From: Eledone cirrhosa | Lineage: Eukaryota | Direction: 5' to 3' | DNA length: 64,000 bases | Assembly: GCA_964016885.1 (NCBI GenBank) | Contig: OZ024741.1 | Location: 328,228,001-328,292,000, forward strand | Part shown: positions 46,101-61,890 of the stretch, in pieces | Position numbering within the stretch: the first letter of the stretch is position 1 | Layout of the letters: each line of letters opens with the position of its first letter | The notes under the pieces: generated by a model | What the model saw: the letters and a program-made list of their open reading frames with translations, nothing else | The model's database searches: none | Told to the model about the DNA's origin: nothing | Translations under genes and position numbers: made by a program

Positions 46101-46389
46101 TTTCTAACCCAGAAAGAGAGAAAAAAGAAAAAAGAAAAAAGAAAAAAGAAAAAAGAAAAAAGAAAAAAGAAAAAAGAAAAAAGAAAAAAGAAAAAAGAAA
46201 AAAGAAAAAAGAAAAAAGAAAAAAATAGAAAAGATAAAAGAAAAAAGAAAAAAGAAAAAAGAAAAAAGAAAAAAGAAAAAAGAAAAAAGAGAAAAAATAA
46301 AGGAAAACATTTTTTCTTCCTAATAATCGTCTATTTTTCTCGATTTACATATATAAATATATATATTCCAACCTCGTGTGCTCCTTCTC

Positions 46390-46445
<56 letters not shown>

Positions 46446-46633
46446 ATACTTGGGGAGGGTCATATTTGTGTAATATTGCCAGAATTAATAACAGAACACA
46501 CTCACTGTTTGGTTGGTTTTCGCTTTTCGCTTCTGTGTCTTTTATAACAATATTTGTTTCGACACACGATTTCATATCAAAAACCTCGCAAAACCAATTC
46601 ATCGCCGTTATATATATAGATATATATATATAT

Positions 46634-48602
46634 AGTAATAATAATAAATTTGAAGACTAAAATCGAAAGAGGGCTCGATAAGGATAAATATATATCAAAT
46701 ATATAAGAACCGTATAGAAAGCCGAATGATACGCTTAATTACATAAGTAAGCATTCCACCATCCTGCCAGCATAACCAAGAACCTGGTAAGAAACGTTTC
46801 GTTGAGACTTTTCCGTCTTTCCACCAACGAGCGTATTTTCAACGACCATTCCATATTTTACAATGAAGCTCTTGCTCGAAGTGGATTTGTCGATAAGGTA
46901 GCATATACAGAGTAGGAAAATAGACCTAGAAGAAATAGATCCCGTCGCATTTGTTGGTATAACCCAGCATATAATATGGAGGTGGCCACACCATTAGCTA
47001 AGATCTTTCTTTCCCTTATTACGAAGCATTTTCCCCCTACACATAAGTATAGTAAAATTTTTAATAGAAATACTATTAAAATTTCTTACTCTACGGCTCC
47101 TAATCTTGCATATAACATCACAGCTTCAAATTTAGCTAAACTACCCTGTAGTTAGTACTAACTGTAATTGTAGGAATCGGGTTGATTGACCCCTATCCGG
47201 GAAATGCCTCTCTAGTAACATTGTCTACAAATGTAAGGTTGTAACACCCACGTCCCGTAGGGCCTACATAGGGTTAACCGCCAATAGATTCAAGCAGCGT
47301 CTTTACATGCATACCCATTCTTTTCGTTACCCTCTAAGAAGGAATATGACGTCACTTTCAGCTTATATCTGGAGTCTAAAAGACAACCACACCCAATATA
47401 AGTTACACTGGGAGATCCTAGCTAGGGCTAGATCGTATAACGGAATAAAAGACCATGTGACCTCTGCGCCGCTGAGGCCCTGGAAATACTCTACGCCACA
47501 GACCACATCTTAAACAAAAAATCTGAGGCAATTTCGGCTTGTAAACATAAATTGCACAACACTTTCCTGTATTACAGCCCCACGTTATACCCTAACCGAT
47601 AGTACGATCTATACGTGGATATTTTACGTCTTGATGTGGGAGCTAAGTATGTTTTGTTTATACCATTACTTATTTGCATAGGTAAGTATATTTTACCCGT
47701 ATGTTTTGTGAAGGTACGTATACCTTCTGGTACGTATATTTGATTGTTTATGTTATGGCGTATAATTTTATATAATCTGGTACATATGGTTTGGCTATGT
47801 GTATACGGGAGTTTTGCGTCTGTGTGAGTATGCAGGTTCGTACGTATGTAGGGTGTGTGTATATGTGTTGTGTATTGTGGTTGACTTACCTCTCCGAACA
47901 TTCGTGTATTTACATGTAGGTATGTGTGTGCGCTTGTTATATACGTATTTATTTATTTATATACGTTTATATAATTATTTATTTATTTGTATACACGCAT
48001 ACACACACACACATATTTATATGTGCGTGGTTTTGTATACCGATGGTAAGTGTTCTGCGTATGCTTGTGTATGTACGTATTTGTTTGCGTGTATGTATTT
48101 ATTTATTTCTATTACTTCTGTATTGTATTTATTTACTTTGTTCTTAACTCTGTAGCGGAGATTCATTCGGTCTCCTAGTTAGAACTTTAGTCTACGACTT
48201 CTGCTATACCATTTACGTGGTTTTGTCTTTGCGTGCTATTGTTCTCCACGTTCCACATATGACGTATTATCTTCGTTTTTTTCGTTCATTGCCAGAGAAC
48301 GTCTCTATGAACCACCTAAGCGAACATTAGTCTACGACCTTTTTTATACCATAAACGTGGTTCTGTCTTTGCGCGTAATTGTTTTTCACCGCTCCTATTA
48401 ATGACTTATTATATTCGTTTTTTCCCGTTGTTTGCAGGCGAACGTTTCCACGAACCAAAGTATCGTCTTCCTGTCTTCCTCCGGTTGCAACGTTTTTTGA
48501 AATATCCACTTCTGCGTTTACAGATTGACTTTGTCTGTTTCAGAAGATCCCGTTAAGGGTGAAAGCAGCGATTCTTTGCTTAAACGTTAATCTGTTATTT
48601 TA

Positions 48603-48610
<8 letters not shown>
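46634..48610 (+). mobile_element. 5'-truncated, decayed PLE: inverted pLTR piece, RT-thumb/GIY-YIG remnant (46720-47590), 3' UTR and hammerhead pLTR
   Basis: Translates RNVSLRL..CWYNPAYN..KHFPPTHKYSKIFNRNTIKISYSTAPN..IVYKC..AYIGLT..FKQR, homologous to 44476-45680. Confidence 0.85.
48537..48585 (+). ncRNA. Hammerhead-like motif with CAGAAGA core
   Basis: GTTT-CAGAAGA-tCCCgttaaGGGt-GAAA-GCAGcgattctTTGC-TT-AAAC, then AATAAA at 48602. Confidence 0.7.
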
Positions 48611-48634
<24 letters not shown>

Positions 48635-48680
48635 GGAGAAGAGGTTTATGAAACGGAAATGCGGGTATAAAGAATTTATT

Positions 48681-48797
48681 AGGTAACAATTGTTTCTATA
48701 GTGTATGGGTTACCTATACCTCGCTATTTGAATAATATAAAAATATTATCATAAACCGAAGGTACACTGCAAGCAAACACACCATGTCGTCAGACCT
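48681..48797 (-). ncRNA. Type-I hammerhead with long stem II, in a non-coding PLE-like repeat (~48635-49150)
   Basis: AGGT-CTGACGA-cATGGTGTGT...ATACACTATa-GAAA-CAATTG-TT-ACCT, then AATAAA. Confidence 0.85.
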
Positions 48798-49153
48798 TTG
48801 TATTGGAAGGATATGAAAATATTTGATACACTAGATAAAAGAGAAAGAAGGAGGTATGAAGAGAAGGGGAAGAGGGAACTGAGTAAGGGGGAGGGAGTCC
48901 TAGGATTTAAGACTGTCAGACTAGTAGAGATTGTAAGGAGAGAATGTGTTGGCAGCAGTTAGCTTAATGAGGCTTGTTAGGGTTGGCGGGGGAAGTAATT
49001 TCTTCTAGTGGTGTTGTTTGGACAAAATTTAGTTAAAGGGGTCAAATTGGTACAGAGTTACAGACAAGTTATTGGGGCTATTATAGTAGCAGGTTATTTC
49101 TAAAGGGGTCAAGAAAACAGTGTTTAGTACTATTATTATAGAAAGCCATATCT

Positions 49154-49211
<58 letters not shown>

Positions 49212-49230
49212 TATATATATATTAATATAA

Positions 49231-51141
49231 TTCAAGCATGTTTTACAACGTGAGGACCAGAAACAGGAGGTATTCAAGATTGCGAGGCAGTGTGTCAGAG
49301 ATAGTTGTGATGTCATTGGAGAGAAGTGTATCCGGAATGATAAAGGTGAGCTTGCCCTCACAAGTGCTGAGAAGAAAGATGCATGGAAGAGTCATTATGA
49401 TAGATTACTAAATGAGGAGAATGCATGGGAAGAAGAGACCCTACCCCACGTAGACCCTATAGAGGGACCAGCAGTACAAGTCAGCGGCAGCGTAGTAAGT
49501 AAGGCAATCAGAGATATGAAGATAGGGAAGGCAACCGGTCCATCGGGTATAGCTGCCGAGATGCTGAAGGCATCTGGGTCTGTAGGTCACACTATAACCA
49601 CACGTATCGTTAACCAGGTAATACTAGAGGGGGCCATACCAAAAGATTGGTGCAGTAGCATCATTGTCAACTGCTACAAAGGTAAAGGCGATGCACTAGA
49701 TAGAGGAAACTATAGAGGTATAAAGTTGATGGACCAGGTCATGAAAGTAACAGAAAGAGTTATAGCACAGCTGATTAGGGACCGGGTGAATATAGACGAG
49801 ATGCAATTTGGGTTTGTACCAGGGAAAGGCACCACTGATGCGCTCTTCCTTGTGAGGCAATTACAGGAAAAGTACCTAGCTAAAAGTAAGCCACTCTACT
49901 TGGCATTTGTCGACCTTGAGAAAGCCTTTGACAGAGTTCCACGTGCAGTAATCTGGTGGGCTCTTAGAAAACTAGGAGTAGATGAATGGCTTGTGAAAGC
50001 GGTACAAGCCATGTATAGGGGAGCAGTCAGCAAAGTTAGGATTGGCAATGAGTATAGCGAGGAATTTAGCGTACAGGTTGGGGTCCACCAGGGCTCTGTT
50101 CTTAGCCCTCTCCTGTTCATCATAGTCCTGCAGGCAATAACGGAGGAGTTTAAGACCGGATGCCCATGGGAACTCCTGTATGCTGATGACCTCGCACTCA
50201 TAGCTGAATCTATGGTAGAACTAGAGAATAAATTCCAAACCTGGAAGCAGGGACTAGAGAGAAAGGGCCTCAAAGTCAACATGACAAAGACTAAGGTCCT
50301 TATAAGTAGACGAGAAAACAGAACCCAGATCCCCTCAGGGAAATGGCCTTGCTCAGTATGTAGGAAAGGTGTAGGTAGGAACTCCATTCTTTGCCCCAAA
50401 TGCAAACAATGGGTACACAAGAGATGTAGCGGGATCTCAGGAAGCTTAATTAAGAATGTAGGATTCACATGCAGCAGCTGTGCTGAAACAGCAAGCAAAC
50501 AGCCACAGGAAACAAGTACCACCAATCTCTGGGAGGGCCCTGTAGAAACAGTAGACAGCTTCTGCTACCTAGGTGACCGAATTAGCAACGGAGGTGGGTG
50601 CTCAGAAAGTACAATAACTAGGGTAAGAACGGGATGGAAGAAGTTTAGGGAACTACTACCACTGCTAGCTGCAAAAGGCTTCTCCCTCAGAATGAAAGGC
50701 AGACTGTATGATGCGTGTATCCGAACAGCGATGTTGCATGGTAGTGAGACCTGGGCGCTGAAGGTGGAAGACTTACGTAGATTAGAGAGAAACGAAGCTT
50801 GCATGCTCCGATGGATGTGTAACAGTAATATACGTGAACGACAAAGCATAAATGAATTGAGAGAGAGACTGAGCATAAGAGGAATCAAATGCTGCGTGCA
50901 GGAGAGGCGGTTACGCTGGTATGGACATGTGATGCGTATGAAGGATGACAGCTGCATAAAAAGGTGCAGAGCACTAGAAGTTGATGGAAACCGCGGAGTG
51001 GGGAGACCCAAGATGACTTGGGATGAGGTGATAAAAGCCGACCTTACCCAACTACACCTCTCAAAGTCAATGACACACGACCGTGACTTCTGGCGTCACG
51101 CCGTAATACAGGGTACCCGACCTCCCATGGGTACATGCTGA
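49231..51141 (+). CDS. RTE-type reverse transcriptase (open from the truncation point; first Met at 49516) with internal PHD-like zinc finger
   Basis: GKATGPSG, NYRGIKL, FVDLEKAFD, GVHQGSVLSP, LYADDL, CSVC..CPKC..H..C..CSSC, HGSETW, RRLRWYGHVMR. Confidence 0.9.
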   Translation, partial: FKHVLQREDQKQEVFKIARQCVRDSCDVIGEKCIRNDKGELALTSAEKKDAWKSHYDRLLNEENAWEEETLPHVDPIEGPAVQVSGSVVSKAIRDMKIGKATGPSGIAAEMLKASGSVGHTITTRIVNQVILEGAIPKDWCSSIIVNCYKGKGDALDRGNYRGIKLMDQVMKVTERVIAQLIRDRVNIDEMQFGFVPGKGTTDALFLVRQLQEKYLAKSKPLYLAFVDLEKAFDRVPRAVIWWALRKLGVDEWLVKAVQAMYRGAVSKVRIGNEYSEEFSVQVGVHQGSVLSPLLFIIVLQAITEEFKTGCPWELLYADDLALIAESMVELENKFQTWKQGLERKGLKVNMTKTKVLISRRENRTQIPSGKWPCSVCRKGVGRNSILCPKCKQWVHKRCSGISGSLIKNVGFTCSSCAETASKQPQETSTTNLWEGPVETVDSFCYLGDRISNGGGCSESTITRVRTGWKKFRELLPLLAAKGFSLRMKGRLYDACIRTAMLHGSETWALKVEDLRRLERNEACMLRWMCNSNIRERQSINELRERLSIRGIKCCVQERRLRWYGHVMRMKDDSCIKRCRALEVDGNRGVGRPKMTWDEVIKADLTQLHLSKSMTHDRDFWRHAVIQGTRPPMGTC

Positions 51142-51434
51142 AGCATATAAACAATATGCCCCCCCCCCCCCCACCGCAAGGTGGTCGTGGAGGTGCCACG
51201 GCAAAAAAGCACCCAGCCCACACTGTAAAGTGGACGTGTAGGCGCCACGAAAAAGCACCCAGCACTCACTGTAAATGAGGTTGGTGTTAGGAAGGGCATC
51301 CAGCTGTAGAAATCAAGCCAGATCAGTTCCTGTATGAGCAAGGCATGGTCAGCCGACCAGACACTGCCCACAACAGGACAACCCGTCTAACCCATGCTAG
51401 CGTGGAAGAACGGACGTAAAACGGTGATGATGAT
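49231..51434 (+). mobile_element. 5'-truncated RTE-like LINE inserted in (TA)n, (GAT)n tail; 3'-end fragment on minus at ~59485-59640
   Basis: 3' UTR GGTTGGTGTTAGGAAGGGCATCCAGCTGTAGAAA...GGACGTAAAACGGTGATGATGAT. Confidence 0.88.
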
Positions 51435-51436
51435 AT

Positions 51437-53298
<1,862 letters not shown>

Positions 53299-53459
53299 TA
53301 CTCCAAGTATAAACTACATAGAAATCACCGCGAACGCGCAGCATCACTATGGAAACGTCTTGTTGAGTCTAAGCTAAACGTTAATACTATCCACTACACG
53401 GAGTACTCTAACTGGACTACATCTAAGTGGACTACCTATAACGATAACCTCTTATCCTG

Positions 53460-53635
<176 letters not shown>

Positions 53636-54534
53636 TGGTGGTAGCTAAGATGCTTCCATAGGCGGTATGCCGGTTGATCACTATATGCTCTTACAGAGAA
53701 GGGTATGGTATAATATAAAACGAAAAATCAGTGATGCATCTGAAATCAATTTATTGTGTGTTACAATTGTTTCGCCGGCGGACAGCTCGAGACACGATCA
53801 TTGCATGGATCTTGTCTGACTCTGGAGCTGCGGGCTCGTCGGACACGTCAAATGCTTTCCGAGCAAATTCTTTCACTGAGGTGTTGGCGTCAAAGCTTTT
53901 ACTGGGGTGTTGACTTCAAAAAACATACTCTTCGCGCCTCTCTGTTTCTTACTCTCCCCTCTCACTCACTCATTTGCATTATGGATATTAATTTAAGTTT
54001 GGCGTCGTTGAGGTGGGCGCAGTCGTTTGAAACCTATGAACCAATGATAATCGAGAATTATGACACACGGAATGCTGACATTGTTGAAATTAATATATAT
54101 ATACACAAGGCCATATAAGGATACACAATGGGTAATACAATTGGTCATGCAAGAATGATGCATTTTTTATAAGCAAGCACATATATAAACAATATAGTCA
54201 TTCACATATATACCTTTATATACACACACATATATATATACATATATATACATCCATATATACACATACGTATATACACATATATAAAAAATAAACATGC
54301 AATATATTAAACGTGTAGATATAACGTCCCATATAGATTTATAGAAAGAATAAGGAATGTGTATGCGTATAAGATATTACACAGGAGAAGCTTGAGATAT
54401 ACAGAAAATATACAGACAATATAATGTGTTACAAGATGGGATACGTGGAGAGTATGGACTCTGTTGAAAAGATACATATGTATGGGGGTGCGAGGACTGG
54501 CCATACTGGAGTATGTCACTGTGGTTGAGGTATA

Positions 54535-55503
54535 TTGTCCTATAGGTGTAATGTATTTGACTGGAAGTCAGTTGAATCAGGGTCGGCCTTTCCATTGGAA
54601 AGCATCCAGCAGATAGCTAATTCCATACACCAGAGTATAACTGTAACTATCGACTACCCTTCCAAACACCCTAACAATAGACTACCTGTATTAGACACGG
54701 AACTCTGGATTAACACAATAGACGAGAGAGCCCAAATTCTCCACTCACACTATGCTAAACCCATGGCCTCCAAATACCTGATACTCAAAAACTCAGCAAT
54801 GTCCAGTAGTGCTAAGTTTAATATTCTGATCGCAGACTTTGTACGAGTGATGAAGAACGTGTCCCGCATGTGAGACCCAACAGATATGGAAAGACACATC
54901 CAACACTTCATCAACCGCATGCAGTTCTCTGGCTACAACCAAAGAGACAGAGTCAGAGTATACGAAGGAGCCATGGAGAAGTATAAGACCCTCATAGAAC
55001 TGGACATGAAAGGAATTTGCCCATTATACAAGAGCAAATCATGGAATAGAATAGATAGGGCTAGACATAAGATAGGGAAAGCCAGCTCATGGTACGACAA
55101 CCAGAGATACCAGAGTGTCATGTTTGTGGACGCTACCCCTGGAGGGAAATTAGCTAACCAGTGTAGAAAGGCCCTGAGGGAGACCCACTTAACGATTAAG
55201 GTGGTAGAAAAGCCAGGAACCACCATAAAATCCTTGATCAGCAAAACCTACCCTTTTAAGAAAACCCACTGTACTAATACGAAATGTATCATATGTAAGG
55301 TAAACCCCCGGATAAACTCTAAAACTAGAAACGTAGTCTATAGCATATGTACAGAGGGTACTTGCAGAAACATGACAACAACATACATAGGTGAGACAGC
55401 TCGTAACATAGGTGAAAGGATAGACCAACACTGGGGGGAACTAAACGGACGAAAAAACAGGTCAGTACTATACGAACATGCCAGACAATATATGTGTCTA
55501 TAA
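54535..55503 (+). pseudogene. Fragment of a different PLE clade (Naiad-like): RT C-terminus, Cys-rich linker, GIY-YIG; in-frame TGA at 54871-54873
   Basis: DYPSKH..LPVLD..HYAKPMAS..SAM..MQFSGY..PLY..VMFVDATPGG.LA..KVVE.PG..NVVYSI..YIGETAR; the two ORFs are co-frame. Confidence 0.8.
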
Positions 55504-55625
55504 CGTATATACATAAATATATGCCAGTACATATCACACAACAATGTGAGAATATATATATAGAATAATAGCCTCTAATATAATGAAAGGGAAAGATTAA
55601 TAATATTGCATATACACCATATACG

Positions 55626-55788
<163 letters not shown>

Positions 55789-55840
55789 CTCTAACGTACA
55801 TACATAAATATATGCCAGCACATATCACACAACAATGTGA

Positions 55841-55901
<61 letters not shown>

Positions 55902-56355
55902 TACATATACATTCGTATATGGTGTATATGCAATATTATTAATATTTCCCTTTTAGTGTGTATCAGACATTTACCATATTAAGCCAAATACCATTGACTA
56001 AAGACGGCAAAATACAAATGACTAAAACGAGGAAAAATGCCATTGAAGAAAGAGTGAAAATACCACTGCCTAAAGAGGTATAGTCGCATTGGCGACAGAA
56101 CGTAAGATACCACCGTCTAAAGAGGGTAAAATACGATTGACGAAAGAGGCTAAAATACTCTGGACTGATGTGGATGAAATACCAATGACTAGTGAGAGTA
56201 AAGTGACTATAAAGTGTTAATTATTGACTAAAGAGAGTAAAATCCCATTGAATAAACAGGAGTCATTAAACTACATAACGCCAAAGAAGCACAAAACACG
56301 GTATACTTTTGATCTTCAAAATATGATATTTAGTGAATGGCAAATGTTACTCGTA

Positions 56356-57604
56356 TACGAGCTACACACGAGATTTTTATAAGAGAGATATTTATCTAAC
56401 TAAAATTCAACACAAAACTCTAGTCTCCACCAAAGTAGGACCCCTCCATCATCAATCCACTTGTTGTAGCGCTCCAGCCACGTCTGAAAGACCCCCCCTT
56501 GTAGTTCTACAAAGTGAAGGCGCGTCCAGGGCGCTTGTCACAACCTCCTTCATATCCTCCACATGCTCAAACCGGAAACCCCTGATCTTCTCCTTCAACT
56601 TCAGGAACATCCAGAAGTCGCATAGGTCTGGTGAGTAGAGAGGATGAGGGACAGTATTGATCCCTATATCGGCCAAGTAGTTTGTCACCAGGATGGATTT
56701 GTGTCAAGCGGCATTGTCCTGGTGCAGATGTCACTAACGAGGCTTGTCGAGTTCTGGTCTCTTGCGAAGAAATCTATTTCTGGACAACCTCAAAACCTCT
56801 ACATAGTACACTTTCATTACTGCCTGGCCATGGGAGACCCAGTTTGATGTAGATGATGTCCTTGCTATCGAAGAATTGGATCATCGTGTGCTTCTCAATG
56901 GAACTGCTTTGCCTGGCATTTACGGTTTTGGGTAGACAGAATGTTTCCAATGGACACTCTCTGGATCATAAAAGTAAACCCAGCTCTCATCTCAACTTAC
57001 CTGAGACCCAAGGGTACTTGGATTCGAAGCGATCCACTCAGCAATCTCCCTGCTGTAATTAACGCGTCTCTAACTTGATACAAACAATTCGCATGTTCAG
57101 ATCGTCACAGGGCCCTCACTCAATTCAAATTGTTTAGCGATCGTCAGAAAAGAACTATGACATTGTTCGTATAGTAACTTGCGAATTTTGTCGACTAGCT
57201 TTGGCGTCCTGATGTCCCTCTTCCTCCCACAGCTCAGGCCGTCCGTCATTTGTTCCCTGTCCTCTGGAACCTCTTGTGCCTGCGGAAAACATTCGACTGG
57301 CACATGAAAGTTAGTCCGTCAGTAGTTCTGACCATTTCATATGTTTCTGCAGGGTTTTTGCCGAGGGTGGGTCAAACTTCATTACATATTGAGCATCCAT
57401 GTTGTCCTAATGCCCCGACTGTATTGTGAGACCATTCATCTGTGACAAGACGTGTATGACGGCTAGTGTTTAAACTGCTGTAGCGGCCCAAACTTTCAAC
57501 CTGGAAAAAGAAAATTGCGCATGTTAAGTTATTATAACCATATCAAGGATCTATTTGAGTGAAGGTAACATAGATCAATTAAAACTGCTTGAATGTGCCT
57601 CGTA
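56356..57604 (-). mobile_element. Decayed mariner (Tc1/mariner) DNA transposon
   Basis: LHQDNA and PHPLYSPDL..DFWMF.KLK motifs on minus; TACGAG...CTCGTA termini; ~1.25 kb. Confidence 0.85.
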
Positions 57605-57866
57605 CGTTGTTAAACTTAACCAAATTGATATATCCTGATGATATACAAAGTGTTCCAATTTTAAATTGCAGGCATGCAAAATGAGTTTGTTGCTTCCATT
57701 ACAAAGCGGAATGTAATACTATTACTGGAATGACATCAAAGTTGACAGTAGCTCAAAAAGCTATTTAGTTGTAGCAATTTAGTTATTAATATTATACTTA
57801 CATGCACACAAAAACGTACACATAAATATATATACACACACATATATATATATTTATATATTTATG

Positions 57867-57941
<75 letters not shown>

Positions 57942-58352
57942 ATTCAGCGAGAATCGCATTTCGGCGGGCAGGAAAAGCGAAGCGAAACGCAAAAATCAGA
58001 AATGATACTGGCAAAGTGCTCAATAGTTAAAAACCAGAGCTAAACAATGTGTTAAGAAGCCATCCAAAACTGAGAAGGTGGTCAAGAAGGCATTAACCAC
58101 TCAAGCCAAAAACCAAATGAAGCTTAACAGGTCAAAACAAAATAAATGATAAAAAATAAGTGATAACCAGACCTGGACTCCCGGAATTGCAGTTAAAATC
58201 CGATGTAGAGTTTTTGTGACACCTAAATCAAAATACAGTCTGCTTAAAAATATAACCTTTGGGTATAATGATCGAACAAGGAATATCACGTTATCAACAG
58301 GTATTTCGCTCTGTACCAAATGAGTGAATGACACGGTGGTAAGGTAAACCAC

Positions 58353-58390
<38 letters not shown>

Positions 58391-58437
58391 ATATATATAT
58401 ATATATGTGTGTATGTATATATATGTATATTTATATG

Positions 58438-58532
<95 letters not shown>

Positions 58533-58807
58533 GTATATGAATGTATGTATATATATATACATATATATATGTATATGAATGTATGTATATATATATATAT
58601 ACATATATATATATGTAATATAAAAGAATTGTTACATCTAAAACTCTTTTTGAGGTACTGTCAGCTATGCTGTCATTCAATATTATACATATATATATTA
58701 TACATATATGTATTATACATATATAATTATATATATATGTGTGTCTGTGTGCCTGTGTGTGTGTCTCTCTCTCTCTGTATGTGTGTATGTATGTGTGTGT
58801 GTGAGTG

Positions 58808-59026
<219 letters not shown>

Positions 59027-59638
59027 GTGTGTGTTCACGCGTGCGTGCCTGTAAACTCAACATCGAAAGGGATAGATCAGAAAATACGATATTGCTATAT
59101 CAGTTTTACAAATGATAGTGTTAGAAAAGTGTCTTACCCGTCGGATTATAATCCTTGATTGAAAAATGCAAGCAAAGTGAAAAGAAGATTTTTATGGCGG
59201 AGATTTGAAGATGTTTCGGGGAGAAGAAACGGGTAGACGGATTAGAGTATAAAAAATATAGAAAACAAGTTGGGAAATCATAGAAACTACGTAGAGTTGC
59301 TAGTAAGTCATTCAGTCTGTGTTATGTATAAAGATTGACATCTATATGGAGTTGAGAAATCGTAACACTGAAGAAATAATAAATTTTGATCCACATTCGA
59401 ATGATTGCCTAGTATTATGCTGTATAGGCATATAAAACATGTATTTATATAGTTTTCTTTATAAAGGCATATATATACCTATACACATTCGTCGTCTACT
59501 TTCCACGGTAGCCTAAGTTAGACGGTTTTGTCCCTTTAGTGGTAAGTTGGGTCGGGTGACCGTGTCTTGTTCTTAAAGGACTGTATCTGGCTAGATTTCT
59601 ACGCCTGGATGCTTTTCCTATTGTCGACCACACTTACA

Positions 59639-59676
<38 letters not shown>

Positions 59677-59744
59677 TTTCTGCTTTAGCATGTTTATATA
59701 TAATTATTTCTGATTTGGCATGTTTATATATAATGATTTCATAT

Positions 59745-59950
59745 TTTAGGACCAAGGACAAACATTTTGGTTGAGGAGGAAGTCAATTAAATCGACCCAA
59801 GTGCTTTACTGGTACTTCATTTTATCGACCTTGAAAGGATGATAGGCAAAGCTAATGACGGTGGGATTTGAACTCAAAACGTAAAGGAATATAACTAAAT
59901 GCTGCAAAGGATTTTATCCGATGCTTTATTGACTCTGCTATTTTACTGCC
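59745..59950 (-). mobile_element. Older SINE related to the main family
   Basis: CTGGTACTTCATTTTATCGACCTTGAAAGGATGATAGGCAAAG...GGGATTTGAACTC. Confidence 0.75.
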
Positions 59951-60179
59951 CTAATATATATATAGATAATAGACATACATGTGTCCTCATTCTATTTTAA
60001 ATCGTGATCATATCTCAACTATCTCGATATCGGAGTAAGAGTGGTGGATACCACCTTTATTCCAGAATCATTGGATTTACATCCAGGGTTTTTATCCCTT
60101 GACACATATGAGGATGACTATGAATTCTCAGTCAGTTTACACGCTGACCATGCGCCGTTGCGGTTAACAAAACATGCAA

Positions 60180-60312
60180 CTCGTGGTGTATCCTGTAAGT
60201 GGTTGTGTATTCCACTGACGTATTTAGTGGTTGTGTATTCCACTGTTTATATTAAGTGGTTAAGTGGTTGTGTATTCCACTGACGTGTAAGTGGTTGTGT
60301 ATTCCATTAACG
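60180..60312 (+). repeat. ~25-bp minisatellite AAGTGGTTGTGTATTCCACTGACGT x 4-5
   Basis: Direct reading. Confidence 0.8.
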
Positions 60313-60841
60313 TATACGGCTAACGTAATTGCCAAACAGAATTAGCGTGACACATGTGACAAAGTTGGATCTTTGAATTACAGCTAAATTCTATTCGGTG
60401 GGGTTTCATACATTGTCTACCACCCAATTTCACACAGAAATCTTGGATTAATCCAAGGTTATGGTAAACAAATGTGTTCGAGATATAAGGCATTGCTCTC
60501 TAGCCTTGGACTTCACGATTGTCAAGCGAGCCTCTGAAATACTCACATGTATGTGTCCAATATTTAAAAAAATGGTAAAAGACTTCAGCAAATCGAGCTT
60601 TTGAAAAGGCGTGGAGTACACGAAATTCAATACCGTTATTTTCCCCAACTCCAAATCTTATGAGCTTTGCTAAATATCAAACAACTGCCCAATACTAAAT
60701 TCCCACCTTGTGCTGATCACATTAGATCAAGAGATGATTAGCGTCGAACATATTCAAAACCTATTAATCACAGAACGTATATTTAACTTGAGTTTTAATC
60801 GATTTTATCTGGCGGTATCTGATAATTGTTATCAATAGATG

Positions 60842-60992
<151 letters not shown>

Positions 60993-61178
60993 AGATAGAG
61001 AGAGAGGAATGTTTAAGAACATATGTGAGAAAGTCAGCGGTAAACGGAGGAAGGGAGGGAGAGAGATAGTGTAAGCGAGATGGAGGAATAGTGAAGAGCG
61101 AATGAGAGAACGTGAGGGGTATATAGAGAGAAAGATAGTGTAAACGATCGAGAGAGCGAGAGACAGAGAGTGAGAGAG

Positions 61179-61262
<84 letters not shown>

Positions 61263-61664
61263 CAGAGAGAGAGAGACAGAGAGACAGGGTGAGCGAGAGA
61301 AAGAAAGACGAAAAATCTATTATATTTCATCGTTGAATAAATAGAATATTTAAATAAATTCACTTGTAAATACTGGACAGCTATGGTAATGTCGATACTT
61401 GATATGGATTCACGAAACGACATTTTTTTCCAAGCTTTTGTAATCTTCCACAGAGGGAAATATATAATCTGGGAACATTATTGATTAAAATCCTCCTTCA
61501 AACATCCATTCCGAAGGCTAACACATTTTATAAGCTTTGCAGATCGGAAACCTATTTACAAGTTGTTTCCGGATGGAGAAGTTTTTACATCTCTCCATGA
61601 TCAAAGCTTTAAACTGTAGACGAGCTATCAATATGCATTTGCGCATGTGCATTATTATATGTAA

Positions 61665-61719
<55 letters not shown>

Positions 61720-61831
61720 CATACACACACACACTCACATATATATCACGCGCATACATATATATAAATGTATGTATTTGTATTATCTACATATATATGT
61801 ATATAAATATAAATGTATTTATAAATATATT

Positions 61832-61890
<59 letters not shown>

